A stretch of 64,000 nt of DNA from Stegostoma tigrinum (Eukaryota), in the NCBI RefSeq assembly GCF_030684315.1, contig NC_081396.1, positions 2,790,001 through 2,854,000 on the forward strand, in the 5' to 3' direction. Made by a program: the position numbers and the translations under genes. Below the pieces are notes generated by a model. That model was not told where the DNA came from. It was given only the letters and a program-made list of their open reading frames with translations, and ran no database searches. Numbering within the stretch: position 1 is the stretch's first letter; every line of letters begins with the position of its first letter. Shown here in pieces: positions 24,260 to 37,480 of the stretch.

Positions 24260-27075
24260 TCGTATGAACGTTGATCTTATACAGAAGCATTTCTCGCTGC
24301 GACTTCTGAAAGACACACTCACTGCAATGCGCCGGCAGCTTCAAATACTACAACCAAGCCTACCCCAACTCAGAGCCTCTCTCTCCCAGGCCTGCAAAGG
24401 ACCTCTCCTGTTTGTTTATATCCTTGGTAAGAGCCACAACCTGAACTCTCAATTTTACTCAGCTTTATCAGACACTAAAAACCGAAAACACTGTAAACTC
24501 ACTGATGCTTGCTACCACAAGCCAAAACCTTCCCCACCATGTTCCCGCCGCCATTGGCCACGTGGTCACCTTCGGCGCACCGACGGTTTCCACGGATGAC
24601 ATCACATTCACGGTCACCCGGTACGCCACTTCCGGTACAAACGACGCCATCAACACCGCTGCTGAAGCCGCCACCTCCGTTTCGGAGGCGAACAAAGACA
24701 TCGAAGACGCCGCTGCCGCCAACATCATCCATTTCCCGACCGACGTCCCTCCACCCACATCCGACGTCGCTCCGCCCACCGCCGACATCGCCCCGCCCCC
24801 CCCCCGCCCACCACCGACGTCGCTCCGCACACCTCCTTCATGGCCAGCATCTCCCCAGACAAGACACTAACACCCAGCCCTGCCGAGCCTTCACCATCCC
24901 TCCAGACCTCCCCCTTACTGAGGATAAACGGTCAGTCCTCAATAAAGGACTCACCTTTGTCACCCTCCACCCACACATCGACGAATACAACTCTCGTTTG
25001 GACTTTGAGTAGTTTTTCCGCCGGTTCCGCCTCCTCACTTAATTCTTTAATGGTGAGCCTAACCCTCGCTCTACTGACCTCTTGTCCCGCCTCCAACGTT
25101 CCCCGTCCTCCTGGACATCACCCCAAGGCCTTCTATCATCCCTTGACCTCTTCATCTCTAATTGTCTTCGAGACATCGATCGCCTCCACCTCGCCACCCC
25201 TCTCACCGACTCCAACCTCTCCCCGGCAGAATGTGGAGCGCTCTGCTCCCAACACTCCAATCCCAACCTCACCATCAAACCCGCAGACAAGGGAGGCACA
25301 GTTGTAGTCTGGTGCATTGACCTCTACATCATCGAGACCAGGTGTCAACTCACTGACCCCTCCTCCAATTTCCCCCTTGATTATGATCCCAGCCACACAA
25401 TCATCTCCCAACCCATCCACAATCTCATCACCTCAGGTGACTTCCCACCCACAGCATCTAACCTCACTACTCCCCAACACTGCACCACCCGCTTCGATCT
25501 CCTTCCCAAAATACACAGACGTGACTGCCCTGGTTGACTAATTGTCTCCACCTCCTCCTGCCCCCTAAACCTATCTGCACTTCACTGGACTCATTTTTTC
25601 CCCATTGGTCCAGCAACTCCCTACCGACATCTGTGACACCACCCACGCTCTCCACCTCCTCCAGAACTTCCAATTCCCTGGTCTCCAACACATCACTTTG
25701 ACTATGGACATCCAGTCCCTATACAGCTGCATTCCCCATGCAGATGGCCTAAAGGCCCTCCACTTCTTCCTGTCCCGCAGTCCTGACCAGCGCCCCCCCT
25801 TGACTGACACCCTCATCCACTCATCCGAACTCGTCCTCACCCTCAATAACTTCTCCTTCAATTCCTCACACTTCTCTGCATCCAAAGGGGGTGGACATGG
25901 GCCCAATCTTTGCCTGCCTCTTTGTAGGATACGTGGAACAATCCCTCTTCCAAAGCTATACTGGCCATATACCCCCTCTCTTTCTCCATTACATTGATGA
26001 ATGTTTCAGCGCGGACTCGTGTTCCCACAAGGAGCTCGAACAGTTCATCCACTTCAATAACACCTCCGACCTCAACGTTGATTACCTGGACCACGTCTGA
26101 CACCTCTCTCTCCTTCCTGGACCCCTCTGTCTCCATCTCTGGTATTCACCTTGAACCCGATATCCATTTTGAACCTAGCGACTCCCACATCTACCCAGAA
26201 TACTCCTCCTCTCACCCACCTTCCTGAAAAAAGGCCAGCCCCGTTCTCCATTCTTTCGCCTCCGTAGCAGCTGCTCCCAAGATGAGGCATTCTTCTCCAG
26301 AAAATCCCAGATATCCTCTTTTTTCAAGGACTGCAACTTCCCCTCCTCAGTGATCAAAAATGCCCTCAAACGTGTCTCCTGCATTTCCTACAACTCGTCC
26401 CTCACACCTCCTGTCCTCAATAATAACCAAAACAGAGTCCCCCTCATCCTCATGTACCAATCCACCAACCTTAAAATCCAATGCATCATCCTCCAACATT
26501 TCCGCCATCTGCAAACTGACCCCATTGCCAAAGACATTTTTCCCTCCCCACCCTTATGCGCATTCTGGAGGGACCACTCTCTCCATGGTTCCCATGAACG
26601 CTCCACACTTCAGCCCCAGCACGTCCAACACATTTCCCTGCAACCGAAACAAGTGTTACACCCGCCCCTATAACTCCTCCCTCACCGCCATCCCTGGCCC
26701 GAAAAAGACTTTCCACATCAAACAGATGCTCACCTGCACATCTGTTAATGTGATGTACTGAATCTACGATTCCCGTTGTGGCTTCCTCTACATTGGGGAA
26801 ACCAAGCGGAGGTTTGGGGACCGCTTTGCAGAACACCTTCACTCAGTTCACAACAAACAACTGCACCTCCCAGTCGCAAACCATTTCAACACCACCCCCA
26901 CTCCTTTACCACGCCACGACTCCTCGGATGACATCAACCTGGGTCTCCTGCAGTGCCACGATGACGCCATCCAAAAGATGCAGGAACAGCACCTCATATT
27001 TCGCTTGGGAACCCTGCAGCCCAAGGGTGTCAATGTGGACTTCACCAGCTTCAAAATGTCCTCTCTCCCGACCAA
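24260..27075 (+). mobile_element. Decayed Penelope-like retroelement (RT plus GIY-YIG endonuclease)
   Basis: Frameshifted segments SVLNKGLTF, IKPADKGG, LLPKIH, TMDIQSLY, LTLNNFSFNS, MGPIFACLFVGYVE, YIDEC and GFLYIGETKR. Confidence 0.9.
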
Positions 27076-27431
27076 GTCTAAATAAAGCTGCCTTCCTTAT
27101 AACTGATGGAAGAATCTGTGCCTTGATGTTTATAGTTCAAGACCGAGACTTTCAGACAGACAGCTGATCACACAGTCAGTTCGATCAATTGGCCTTCACA
27201 TTAAATATTTATCACAGATTCACACTACCATGTAGTGATAACTTCTGGAAATTGCGGGTTAAATTTTCTCAAGACAAATTAAATTCACTCCATCGTGCCC
27301 AATCGCAACGGATGTATCCTTCTTCCCGGTACGACATTGTTATCCGGGGATATCCTGAACTTTGCCTTCAACGACAACAACCAATGATTTCAGAATATTT
27401 TCTTCACGCATTTGAAAGGACACTGTAAATA

Positions 27432-27502
27432 TCAATGGTCTTCTAATGGTTCGGACTCTGAGCTTTCATCGCCCAGGCCTCGATACAACTTCTGTCAGGA
27501 AA
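27432..27502 (+). pseudogene. tRNA-Glu(TTC)-derived pseudogene
   Basis: TCAATGGTCTTCTAATGGTTCGGACTCTGAGCTTTCATCGCCCAGGCCTCGATACAACTTCTGTCAGGAAA aligns along the full length of vertebrate tRNA-Glu. Confidence 0.65.
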
Positions 27503-28368
27503 CTCGGATTTATTTATCAGAATCAAGTCTATTGAAGGTTGCTTTCCATCTAGATATATAACATTAGCAGATACATGATAAAACTGCGGCCCACAGGTTC
27601 CCCTGTAAGCCACTGACCATCCCCTGTTGCAAATATTTTGCTGTCCCTTCAGCCTCGCGAGGCCTAAATCCTAGCACTGCTTCCCTGACGGCATCATGGT
27701 TTCACATACGTGTAAATTAGTTCGTGTTCAAACAAATAATCATCACCTTCATCTTTGTCAAAATTAGGGATAGACCGTGAACTCCATCCAAGTGATTGAA
27801 GTCCATGCACCAGAAATCAGCTTATAAAATTTTCCGTTTCTATACAGCGACCTGCAATCGGTCGGGAACAAGTTCAGACGTCGAGACGGAGTCACAATAA
27901 AACGGTGAAAAGCAATGATGACGGGGAGGCACGAGGCATGAAGTGAGTGAGTATCTCCTGTCGCAATGCTCAGGGGGAGTGCTAATAGGTCAGATTTTAG
28001 TGTCCATTGTTCAGACTGGCTCTCGCCCCTCTTCTGCTTAATTCACTACCAACATCTTGTGAGGTTCCTTCTGTGTGTATGAATGCGGCGTGTATTAACG
28101 TGCCCTGAGAATGAACGCACCCAGTTTCACTTCTAGTTCGAGCAGTGAAGGTATCAGTTTTAGAACAATGTAAGAGGGGAGGGGTTCGTTCTGGGCGTTT
28201 CCAGTGCAAAATGCTCAACTCTGAACAGTTCGGGTTTTTGTTTTTGGTTTGGAAATGCAGGAGGTGATTGCAACTTTTAAACAGACTTAAATAAAAAACA
28301 ACACCCATTTGAGTGATCGAGTGGTTCAGGAAAATACCATATCGATGTGCAGAAACTCACTCCGGCAT

Positions 28369-28412
28369 GGTGCCGTGGATTAGTTGGTTAAAGCACCTGT
28401 CAAAGAAATAAT
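28369..28412 (+). pseudogene. tRNA-Thr 5' half
   Basis: GGTGCCGTGGATTAGTTGGTTAAAGCACCTGTC versus GGCGCCGTGGCTTAGTTGGTTAAAGCGCCTGTC. Confidence 0.75.
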
Positions 28413-28976
28413 GGCTTCTCGCACCCTCAGACGGTAAGTAAAAATTTTAAGCGGAAGCCAGCTTTCGGCTCGTTACTATGGCAGAAGCATTTGATTGTTA
28501 CCAAGTATATAGGCTGACATTTCAAAAGCTGTGGACAGCCTCAGGCTGTTTTTCCTCCCCTTTGCTGAGCCCGTCTCCCAACTTTTAACTTCTGAAGCTT
28601 ACACAGAGGAACTGGAGAATGGAGGCGGTGAGTACGAGTCCAGGGCGGTATGGGAGACGAGACGGAAACCGTACAGGCAGCGACAGTGAGAGGTTGAGCC
28701 TGGTGCGGGAAACAGTCCGAGTGCAGGCCAGCCTGGAAGAAGAATCCTGATGGCGAAGTCGTGAGCCAGAGCCTGGAGTGGGAGGCAGTGCAAGCCCGGG
28801 CTGGCCCAGGGAGACGAGTCGTCCAACGCTATAAGGCAGCGATGCCTGAATTTCTGAAGAGTGGTAGAGCAGACTCAGTGAAAACGACTGCAATTTCATT
28901 AGTTTTTAAAGATACTCATTCTTATTCTGGACTTTCAGTAATTCGATTTTTTTTAAAAGTGTATTCCTATGCGACA

Positions 28977-29117
28977 GAAATAATGAGAACTGCAGATGCT
29001 GGAGAATCCAAGATAACAAAGTGTGAAGCTGGATGAACACAGCAGGCCAAGCACCATCTCAGGAGCGATCCTGAGATGCTGCTTGGCCTGCTGTGTTCAT
29101 CCAGCATCACACTTTGT
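28977..29117 (-). mobile_element. Fold-back Penelope pLTR derivative with collapsed centre
   Basis: Palindrome centred at ~29066. 15-bp TSD TATTCCTATGCGACA at 28962-28976 and 29118-29132. No hammerhead core. Confidence 0.85.
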
Positions 29118-29272
29118 TATTCCTATGCGACACTTTTGTTTTTAATTCTTTCAATTATGTAACAAAGTAAACATAACTTGCCATTCCATACCTCAGATGG
29201 CGCCAAATCAACGACATTACCAAATTTTCAAAGCACTCATTGGAGTGCATGTGAAAAATCTGTTCTTCTATT

Positions 29273-29318
29273 CTATTCATTAAGCGAGAGATGCTGGGTT
29301 CAAATCCCACCAGTACCT
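29273..29318 (+). pseudogene. tRNA-Thr 3' half
   Basis: GAGATGCTGGGTTCAAATCCCACCAGTACCT versus GAGATCCTGGGTTCGAATCCCAGCGGTGCCT. Confidence 0.7.
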
Positions 29319-30840
29319 GCAGGTGTTTTAACAGTTCTTCGTTTAAACTCCTCGTTCGTGATGTGGAAGGAAACAACTGTTCACGGAACATTCTTCTTGT
29401 GTTTGAACTAAACCTGTTATTATTCTCAGTCCCTTGGCCCGGTGTTGGCAGGAAACGTTGGTTCTTGTTACTTCATGAAACGTAGTAAATGATTTATCCT
29501 CCAGTTCCTTTCCTCTGTTTCACAAAGGCACATGCCTCCTTCTTGCCTTTTTTCTCCTCACTCTTCCTTCCGACTTCGGCAGGAATAACGAGGAGAGGCA
29601 GGATTATCTGCCGAGTGACTGTGGAATATCTGTTAATGATACAAACTACACGGACTAATCACCGTTTTTTTCTGCTATGACCATTCATTAATATTCCACC
29701 GACTGTAAAGACGTCACCATAAATCTTGTAATTGTGGTGACTTGTTTATTTTTCTGATGGATTAGAGCTTCTCTTTAGAATAGTCAAGACTCACAACCCT
29801 TGGAGGGAAGAAATATCTCCTCACCTTCGGCCTATGTGACAGACACATGATCCAGAGAATTTGAGCCCAGTTCTAGACACTTCGGCCAGGGGGATAAGCG
29901 AAGCTCTCTCAGCAGCTCCACCCTCAAACTGTCTCCGAATTTCAGACTTATGAAGAAACAGAAATGGGAAATGAGAGTGATGGACACGTGGCTTATCTGA
30001 CAAGGGCAGCGAGGTTATTATGGAGATGCCTTGACTTTGGTTAGGCAACAGCTGGAATACTGTGCGCAATTCTTGTTACCACACTGCATGAAAGATATAA
30101 AGGCAGCGGAGGAGGTGCAGATAAGATTCACCACAATGTTGCTGGGTTTGGGTGCTTTTGAGATGCAAAGTTTTTTTTTGTTTGTTTGTTTGAAGCAGAG
30201 ACTGAAGAACTCTGAGCAATTGCAATAGGATGAGGTGGATACAGAGAAGTACAGAGAAACAGATAGAGACACATAGTGAGGCAGACTTTGGAAGGACCAA
30301 TTCTCCATTCAAAATGGCTGCTCACTGTCAGAAAAATTGATAAAAAGAAACTGATCAGGCAGCGACTTTCACCACTTCATCGCAATGAAAGGAGCATTTG
30401 AGCTGATGCTGTAAAGTTGACTGTCATAATCTGTTAAGAGATGGATTTGAAGAAAAAGGTTGTTTGGAAAAATAAACCAGATATTTCCCTTTAACATTTT
30501 AAAGGAGGTGTCTAATAAATTTGGTTCTGAAGGACGGTTATTGGATCTGAAATATTAACATTACTTTCTTTTCAAAGAACTGTTCAACATGTTGAGGTTG
30601 TGCTGCAAATGTTGATTTTGTTTCAAATTCCAGCATCTACAGTTCCTTCTTTTCTATTAACTTTAATAAACTTTGTCATGATAAAGATTGTTGTGACTTA
30701 TTTCCTGTTTCTGAAATCACGTAGAAATGTTATAGCCCTGTCAAATTAGCAGAACACATGAACTCATATTCTTTGACCAGGAATCAAATGCATATTGTTG
30801 CAGTGAAAGCACCAAAGCCTAAACAGTAGATCACCAGGGA
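29280..30840 (+). repeat. Left arm of an old inverted duplication (Thr-Glu tRNA cassette); partner at 37481-38824
   Basis: Collinear reverse-complement similarity, visible even in the ORF track (HFEWRIGPSKV versus HVEWRIGPFNV; RRQFEGGAAER versus LRQFESGAGER). The left arm carries an extra CR1 fragment at ~29980-30160. Confidence 0.85.
30769..30840 (-). pseudogene. tRNA-Glu(TTC)-derived pseudogene
   Basis: 72-nt reverse complement TCCCTGGTGATCTACTGTTTAGGCTTTGGTGCTTTCACTGCAACAATATGCATTTGATTCCTGGTCAAAGAA aligns without gaps to tRNA-Glu. Confidence 0.8.
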
Positions 30841-31468
30841 TCAGTTTTGCTGCATTTCACTTTCCTCCCGGCATCGAGTTTTATAGCATGGAAAAGGAAC
30901 ATTGTTTTATTGCTAGTTGTCAAACATTGCTCGTCGTGTTTGCTGTATCTTGGATTAAAGTCCTTTTCAGTTGCCTTCATTTGAGAAGGTATGTACAATT
31001 TCATTCCTCTTTACTGCTGAAAACATCCTGCTCAATTTTACGATGGGACCCCCCCTCCATGATTTTACATTATTCCCTGTCTCACCTGAAGACCATATAT
31101 CCTGGAATGATGAATCCTGCCCCTCTTTCAAAGTATCTCTGTGTGTTGTCACCTGCGTCCTTTCCTCATCTCTGCCCTCAACTCATCTGTCTTGCTCGTC
31201 AGAATCCTTTCATTAAACGAATACCATTCAACATTGCTGCCGTGCTTTTGATTTATCTGACGTATAATTTCTGCACCTTATTTTTCTCCTGCTCTTCTAA
31301 CTTTGGCATTTCATATCGCCCTGTTGGCCCTTCTGTCTGGATTCCACCTTCTGTAGATATTTGCATAATTATGTTCGCTTTATTTAGGTTAGTATCTACT
31401 AATCACAAAGAACTCACTGTGTTTGTTCTCCAAGACATCACTTAATTTACACTATGTGTTTTCTTAAG

Positions 31469-31782
31469 GTTCAATAAATGGTGCCCACCCAACTGTTCTC
31501 CACGCTGTCAGTTCCAGTGAAGAAATCACAAGCAGCAAAGTTGCGACCATCGTCTGTTCAATCGTCGATTTCCATCCGAAGGAAATCTCCGTGAGTTGGT
31601 TGAAGAATGGGCAACACACGGATTCTGGCTTCTTCACCTCTCCGGTGTGTGAAGTGAAAGGGAACTTCTCAGTGACCAGCTGGCTGAGAGTCCCTATGGT
31701 GAATGGTTCAACTGTGCAGTCTATAAGTGTCTGGTCACTCATGAGGGGGTCATTCAAAGTCGAAACATCATCGGACCCCAGA
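31469..31782 (+). pseudogene. Ig constant pseudo-exon (paralogue of 1889-2200)
   Basis: [48 protein letters not shown] 1-nt deletion at ~31695 (CCT-ATGGT versus CCTTATAGT) shifts the frame before the second Cys. Splice sites are retained. Confidence 0.9.
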
Positions 31783-33702
31783 GTAAGAGACACACACCAG
31801 GAGAAATACAAATCATTCTGAATTTGAGTGCAAATCAATTACATGAATTTATCAGACTGAGTAAATAGCACAGAGCAAATTGTAATTTACATTCATGCCG
31901 CGTGCGTCTCATTTCAATGTGAGTGTTATGCCACCATCGTTCATAATTCAAATCAGAGGCAAAAAAAATGCCTTCCTCTACGTTGAAGACACGTAGACAG
32001 TTCGCAGGTTTTGTTTGTTGGTTGACCATACATAGCGAGGGATTCGGAGTGCAGACTCCATTACAGGTAACGGCCTCAAACACAAGGGGTTTGGGGGTTG
32101 AGGAGGGATCTCGTTCGAACTTCGGAAATACTGAGATTTCAAGATAGAGTAGAAGTGGAGAAGATGATATCAGTAGCAGGCGACTCTAGGACCCGAGGGC
32201 GCAGCCTCAGAGTCAAAGGGAGGACCACTTAGAATTCAGATGAAGAGAAATTTCTTCAGCGAGATAGTGGTGAGTCTGTGAATTTCTTTGCCACGGAGGG
32301 CTGTCGAAGCCAAGTTATTGCATATATTTAAGACACAGAAAGATAGATTCGTGTTTACTAAGGGGAGTAGACAGAAGAATGGAGTTGAGAAACATACCAG
32401 CCATGATCGAATGGCAGAGCAAAATTATTGGGCCAAATTCTGAAACTATTTCTTATGTTCTTGTGACCTGAAGATGATATTGTAAACTATGAAGTGACCC
32501 TTTCTTGAAAATAAAACAAAATGTGTTCAATCTTTGCTCCAAGGTCAGGAATTATTGGTTGGCCTTGGGAATTGTATCATAGAATCTACATGGTAATGGG
32601 CTCTTTAACGCCATTCATGACAACCAAACAGACCAAAGGGGTACCGTATTCGATTGACAGGGATAAAAGTGATCTAATAGAGATTCTTTTAGAGGTTCTC
32701 TGTAATTAGAGGATGTGGCAGCAGAATAAAGTCCGATGGTAAAGCTAGAACAAGGGTGAATGCACGAGAAATTAGAGCCAGGCTGTTTAAAGCTGGTTTC
32801 AGGATCGAAATGTTCAATCAGTGAATAGTGGAAATCTGAGTTTCACTGGCACAAATTACCGTTGCGTTTGTACATTAATTTAAAACGCTCCTGATTGACT
32901 ATTTTTCATTTCATAAAGACATCAAGAATAGCAGATTGGTAAATAAAATGAAAGTAGATACCAGTCATTAACTATCTGAAGAGAGGAAAAGGGTTGAGGT
33001 GATGGTGTTCTACTCTATTTCCGATGCTGTGCTCTGTGCCACGTTTAAAAATCTACTCCAAATTCGGTACGTGAGGAATAATATCTCATGGCATATTTTA
33101 GAGAAAGATTTCGCAACAATAATGCAAATTATTTTCGATCATGTGAAATCACTGTGACTACAATTCCCGTGGCCGTTCACCACTCCTCTAACGCATGAAA
33201 TATCTGCAAATACATGAGGAATAAGATAATAGTTATGTTTGATTACAGTTTTCCAGAAATCCTGGATTTGATGTACACTCAGCATGACCGACAGCATTTG
33301 CACGTATGGCTTAAGAATGTAAAGATGTAGTCATTATATTGAGGGGAGGTTAGTTTTGTCACAAATATCAACAGATATTCTTAAGTGAGAGAAGAACTCC
33401 AAAAGGAAGGTTATTCCATGGGTTACGTTAAGGTACATCTGTTGATTGTCTTTCACTGGTATAACTTGATGCATAGTCAGTGCTCTTCAGGAATAATTAC
33501 ATTAGTCATGTCTTAGGCGATCACGAATATTTTCACAAATTAAAATATATAAAAAACAGTAAGTACCGCTTCAAAAATATTTGAAAGTTACCATCTCGAA
33601 TTTGGTTTCTTTGCCTTGTGAAGAAATAGCCTGACGACTGATGTTTTGATTCTGAAAGGGCATCTTTCATTGATTCTGATTTCTACTTCATTGAAGTTAC
33701 GG

Positions 33703-33980
33703 AGTGCCACGATTATGCCGTTAAAATGCTACCGCCGCCAGTCGAACAGGTCTCACTGGAGGCGACGGTGATGTCAACCTGCGTTGTTTCTAATCTTTCT
33801 TTTGGAGTCAACGTCACCTGAACACAAGGGAAGAAACCTCTGAAATCACAGATTGCTGACCAAGTCGGAGAGGAACCCGGCAGCGTGATCAGCAAATTAG
33901 ACATTTCTACTGAAGCCTGGCTGATTGGGCATAATTTCGAATGCGTGGTGAAACATCAGTATCTACCGACTCCTCTGAGA
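33703..33980 (+). pseudogene. Ig constant pseudo-exon (paralogue of 4123-4422)
   Basis: Acceptor AG is mutated to GG at 33701-33702, the core Trp is replaced by TGA at 33819-33821, and the 3' end is lost in a deletion. Confidence 0.9.
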
Positions 33981-35667
33981 AAGTGTTGACTTCGTTTTCT
34001 GAAGCACATAGGATCAATTCTCGTATTCGAACACCTGAAGCCGTTTTATTTCACATACAGAGCAATGGAAGATATTTCCTAATCAATTTTATTATACATC
34101 TCTCGAGTCGTGGGGATTTCAACTCAGGCCTCTTGTCTCAGAGGCAGAAATTTCATCACTACAACAAAAGAAGTCGTTCACAAAGCATTTATCTACCAAG
34201 GCCGCGAGAAATGTTCCCGACATCATCAGAGTCACACCTAACGGTTGGCAATCGACTAAAATTAGAACAACAATAAGAATGAATGAATGATACAAGTGCA
34301 TAAACACACGCAGATACAGACAAATGCTCACAAATGCACACAAGACACACATATACAGGATCTCACCTCAAAGGACATGCATATGCACACACATAATTGT
34401 ACATACAGATAAACAGTGACACGCACACACAGGCAGAGACACACATGCGTATGATACATGACCGCTCATGTGAACACTCACAAAAACGTACGTACACAGA
34501 AAGAAATGCACATACACACAAATGAACAAGGGCACCCACACATAACCATTAAAAACATAGACACACGTTAACACACAAATCACCATGAATACATGCACAA
34601 GCTTATTCCATAAATGTACAGACATACATGTATAGACACACATACAACATCTGAGAAATGTCCTCCGACACATACAAACAAACAGACATATAAGAGCACG
34701 GAGATAAGCACTAATCTCATTATTATCCAACTTTCGCAAACATAGATATGTAAGCAGAAAGGCAGCTTACTTATTTATTTTTAAACCACATCGATTAGCA
34801 CGTAAACCCTGGCAAGCATACAAACAATTTACGTGTTGCAAACATGCAAGTGCATATATCAACAAACAGTGTGTCATATCAAAACAATGGGACTCTCACA
34901 CAAGCGTCAGCAAACATCCAAATGCGATAACACAAGTAAGCACATCGCGAGATGGTTTAGGATACACTGACACACAAATAGACATCATCACATTAATATA
35001 AACATCTATGATAAAAATGAATTTGCAAACTAACATAACACATTTATGGAGCACAACATGAAGATAACCTAACATGGGTAGGATCTGAAATGGACACATA
35101 TTTCAGGTAGCACTAACGCAAAGAAAATCACAAATACATTAAAAGACAAACATAGGTATCAAGAAATGAAATGACATATTAACACAGTGCTTCTTACACG
35201 TTGTGAAATGAGCAACATTTACGTACTAAAGCACAACCAAGTAAATGAAAGCGCCAGCACCAAAGGAGTATGAATATGTTTATTCATGCACAATCTCCAA
35301 AATCAACGCGGAGAATAACCACATACACAAATATGAAAGGAAAACCCTGCGCACCATGCTGTATACAAAAGTAACTCGAGGGACACGTGCACAACAAGTT
35401 ATTCCTAACACATACAGATTCGGCAAGCAGAAATATGAAGCAATGTTCTCACTATAGATCTAGTTTATGCTCATGATTTGCCCAGCAATTAATCACAAAT
35501 AAGTGAAGAAGATGAACAATCACATTTGAAGTCTTATCGAGTGATGGCCACAATTTTCAACCAAACAGTTGTCACAGCCTAAATCGAAAATAAAATGATA
35601 TATTTAATGTAATCGTTCCCATTGAATGCTCCTCAAATGGTAACAATGATTATATGAAAAATGTTGT

Positions 35668-36235
35668 GGATGTGAGTTTGCTCGCTGAGCTGGAAGTTTC
35701 GTTTTCAAACGTTTCATCACCATTCTAGGTAATATCATCAGTGAGCCTCCGGTGAAGCGCTGGCGTTATGTCCCGCTTTCTGTTTGTGTTTAGGTTTCTT
35801 TGGGTTGGTGATGTCATTTCCTGTGTTGCTGATGTCATTTCCTGGTCTTTTTCTCAGAGGGTAGTAGATGGGCTCCAAATCAATGTGTTTGTTGATGGAA
35901 TTCCGGTTGGAATGCCATGCTTCTAGGAATTCTCGTGCATGTCTCTGTTTGGCTTGTCCTAAGGTGGATGTGTTGTCCCAATCAAAGTGGTGTCCTTCCT
36001 TATCTGTATGTAAGGATACGAGTGATAGTGGGTCATGTCTTTTTGTGGCTAGTTGATGTTCATGTATCCTGGTCACTAGCTTTAAATAGAAAGCGGGACA
36101 TAACACCAGCGCTTCACCAGAGGCTCACTGATGATGTTATCTAGAATGGTGACGAAACGTCTGAAAACTAACCTTCCAGCTCAGCGAGCAAACTTACATC
36201 CAGAACCTCAACCTGAGCTACAAATCTCACAAATC
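35668..36235. mobile_element. Penelope-like remnant with inverted pLTR arms (same family as 1100-1632)
   Basis: Arms at ~35668-35781 and ~36086-36201. Internal endonuclease fragment on the minus strand (ORF 35738-36106). Hammerhead core at 36128-36161. Confidence 0.85.
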
Positions 36236-36484
36236 GTTAGCTCAATGTTATGTTAAATGTTGAAACAGTTCAAAATGATATGACAGAGATAATAAAGGAA
36301 GAACAGCTGCAGTTAATATTAGCAAGTTATTGCTGACAGTCACTAACTCAATAATAGATATAGATCGAGAGTCAAATTTTACAACAACCTGATGGCTTCA
36401 AGAAGATGTAATGGTGACTTATTTAGATACAGATAGATCAGACTGGATCAATCTAAATACATTCCCTCAGCTTTCTATTCATAG

Positions 36485-36612
36485 ATTCAAGAGATTGCAC
36501 TGAAATTGAAGACTATGAGGATGATAACGGCAACATCTAGACAACTGTTTCCACGTTTATCACCCTGTTCTTCCTGGGTATTTTCTATAGTGCTGCCGTC
36601 ACTCTGGTGAAG
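36485..36612 (+). pseudogene. Ig TM1 pseudo-exon
   Basis: (D)SRDCTEIEDYEDDNGNI*TTVSTFITLFFLGIFYSAAVTLVK, with TAG at 36538-36540. 128 nt, the same length as 8051-8178. Confidence 0.9.
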
Positions 36613-36751
36613 GTAAGAATAATCAAATTGCTCACACTTCAAATAGACCAGTATGGTCTGTGAAAGCTCTTACTCTGCCATTGAATAAAAATTAAAACCT
36701 GAATGCCATGATTACAAACATCTACATCATTATTTTATTCTTCTTTTCCAG

Positions 36752-36760
36752 GCCAAGTGA
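36752..36760 (+). pseudogene. Ig TM2 pseudo-exon (AK-stop)
   Basis: ttttccag|GCC AAG TGA, followed by a 3' UTR similar to 8326-8790. Confidence 0.8.
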
Positions 36761-37480
36761 ATGAATTTCGGACTTCATCAATTTTCCTCATCTGGTTATC
36801 GAGGCCTTTGAATTCCAAGACTGCAATTTGCCCCGTCGTTAACTCGAGCAGTGAGATGACTTCGGTTTTTGAGTGCCTAGCTGTGAATATAATTGATGGC
36901 TTTTATGTTTTACTTTGTTTGACATAGTTCAGATCATTATGGTTGCAATAATATGCAGCTTCCCAATTGTTTGAAGTCCTTTTATTGGTGTTCTTGTTCC
37001 TTATTCAGATTGGTTGCCTATCCTTCATGTTGAGCCCATATTTTCTCTTTCTGGTGACTCTTCCAGGCGTGCACAAAATTCACAGCTCACAGCGCATGCG
37101 TTCTCATCCCAAAGTGACATTGGGTCATTATATTCACTTCTGTTAACTTTAACATAAAAGTTTCATTAAAAATGCTGTCAAAATAGTTAATTAATCTTGA
37201 ATGAATATGAACGAACTTTGAGTTTGCTGAATTATTTGAATTTACAGGGAAAATCTCATTGAGATGAGTACTTGAAACATCAGAGCCCACAAGACTATGG
37301 GCCAGGTCCTGGAAACTGGTGTTAGTGTAGATGGATGTTTAGTGACTCACACTGACGGGATGGTCCGAAGGGTCTTTTTCCCACACTGTGAAAATTCGAT
37401 GACAGGGAGAGATTGATCTGCAGAGAAAATGATCGCAAATGCAATGTCATTAAGATAAGGCAGGAGTGCGTTCCACAGTT

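Noticed and set aside
24468-25012. Pro/Ala/Thr-rich ORFs resembling a mucin-like protein
   Set aside because: They are the low-complexity N-terminal region of the decayed Penelope element and its shadow frames.
27920-27979. tRNA-Asp-like fragments (GACGGGGAG, GTGAGTATCTCCTGTC) and a snoRNA C-box-like ATGATGA
   Set aside because: Too short and gapped to call, with no D box or terminal stem.
34119-35099. Cys/Val-rich minus-strand ORFs
   Set aside because: Translation of TG-rich low-complexity sequence.
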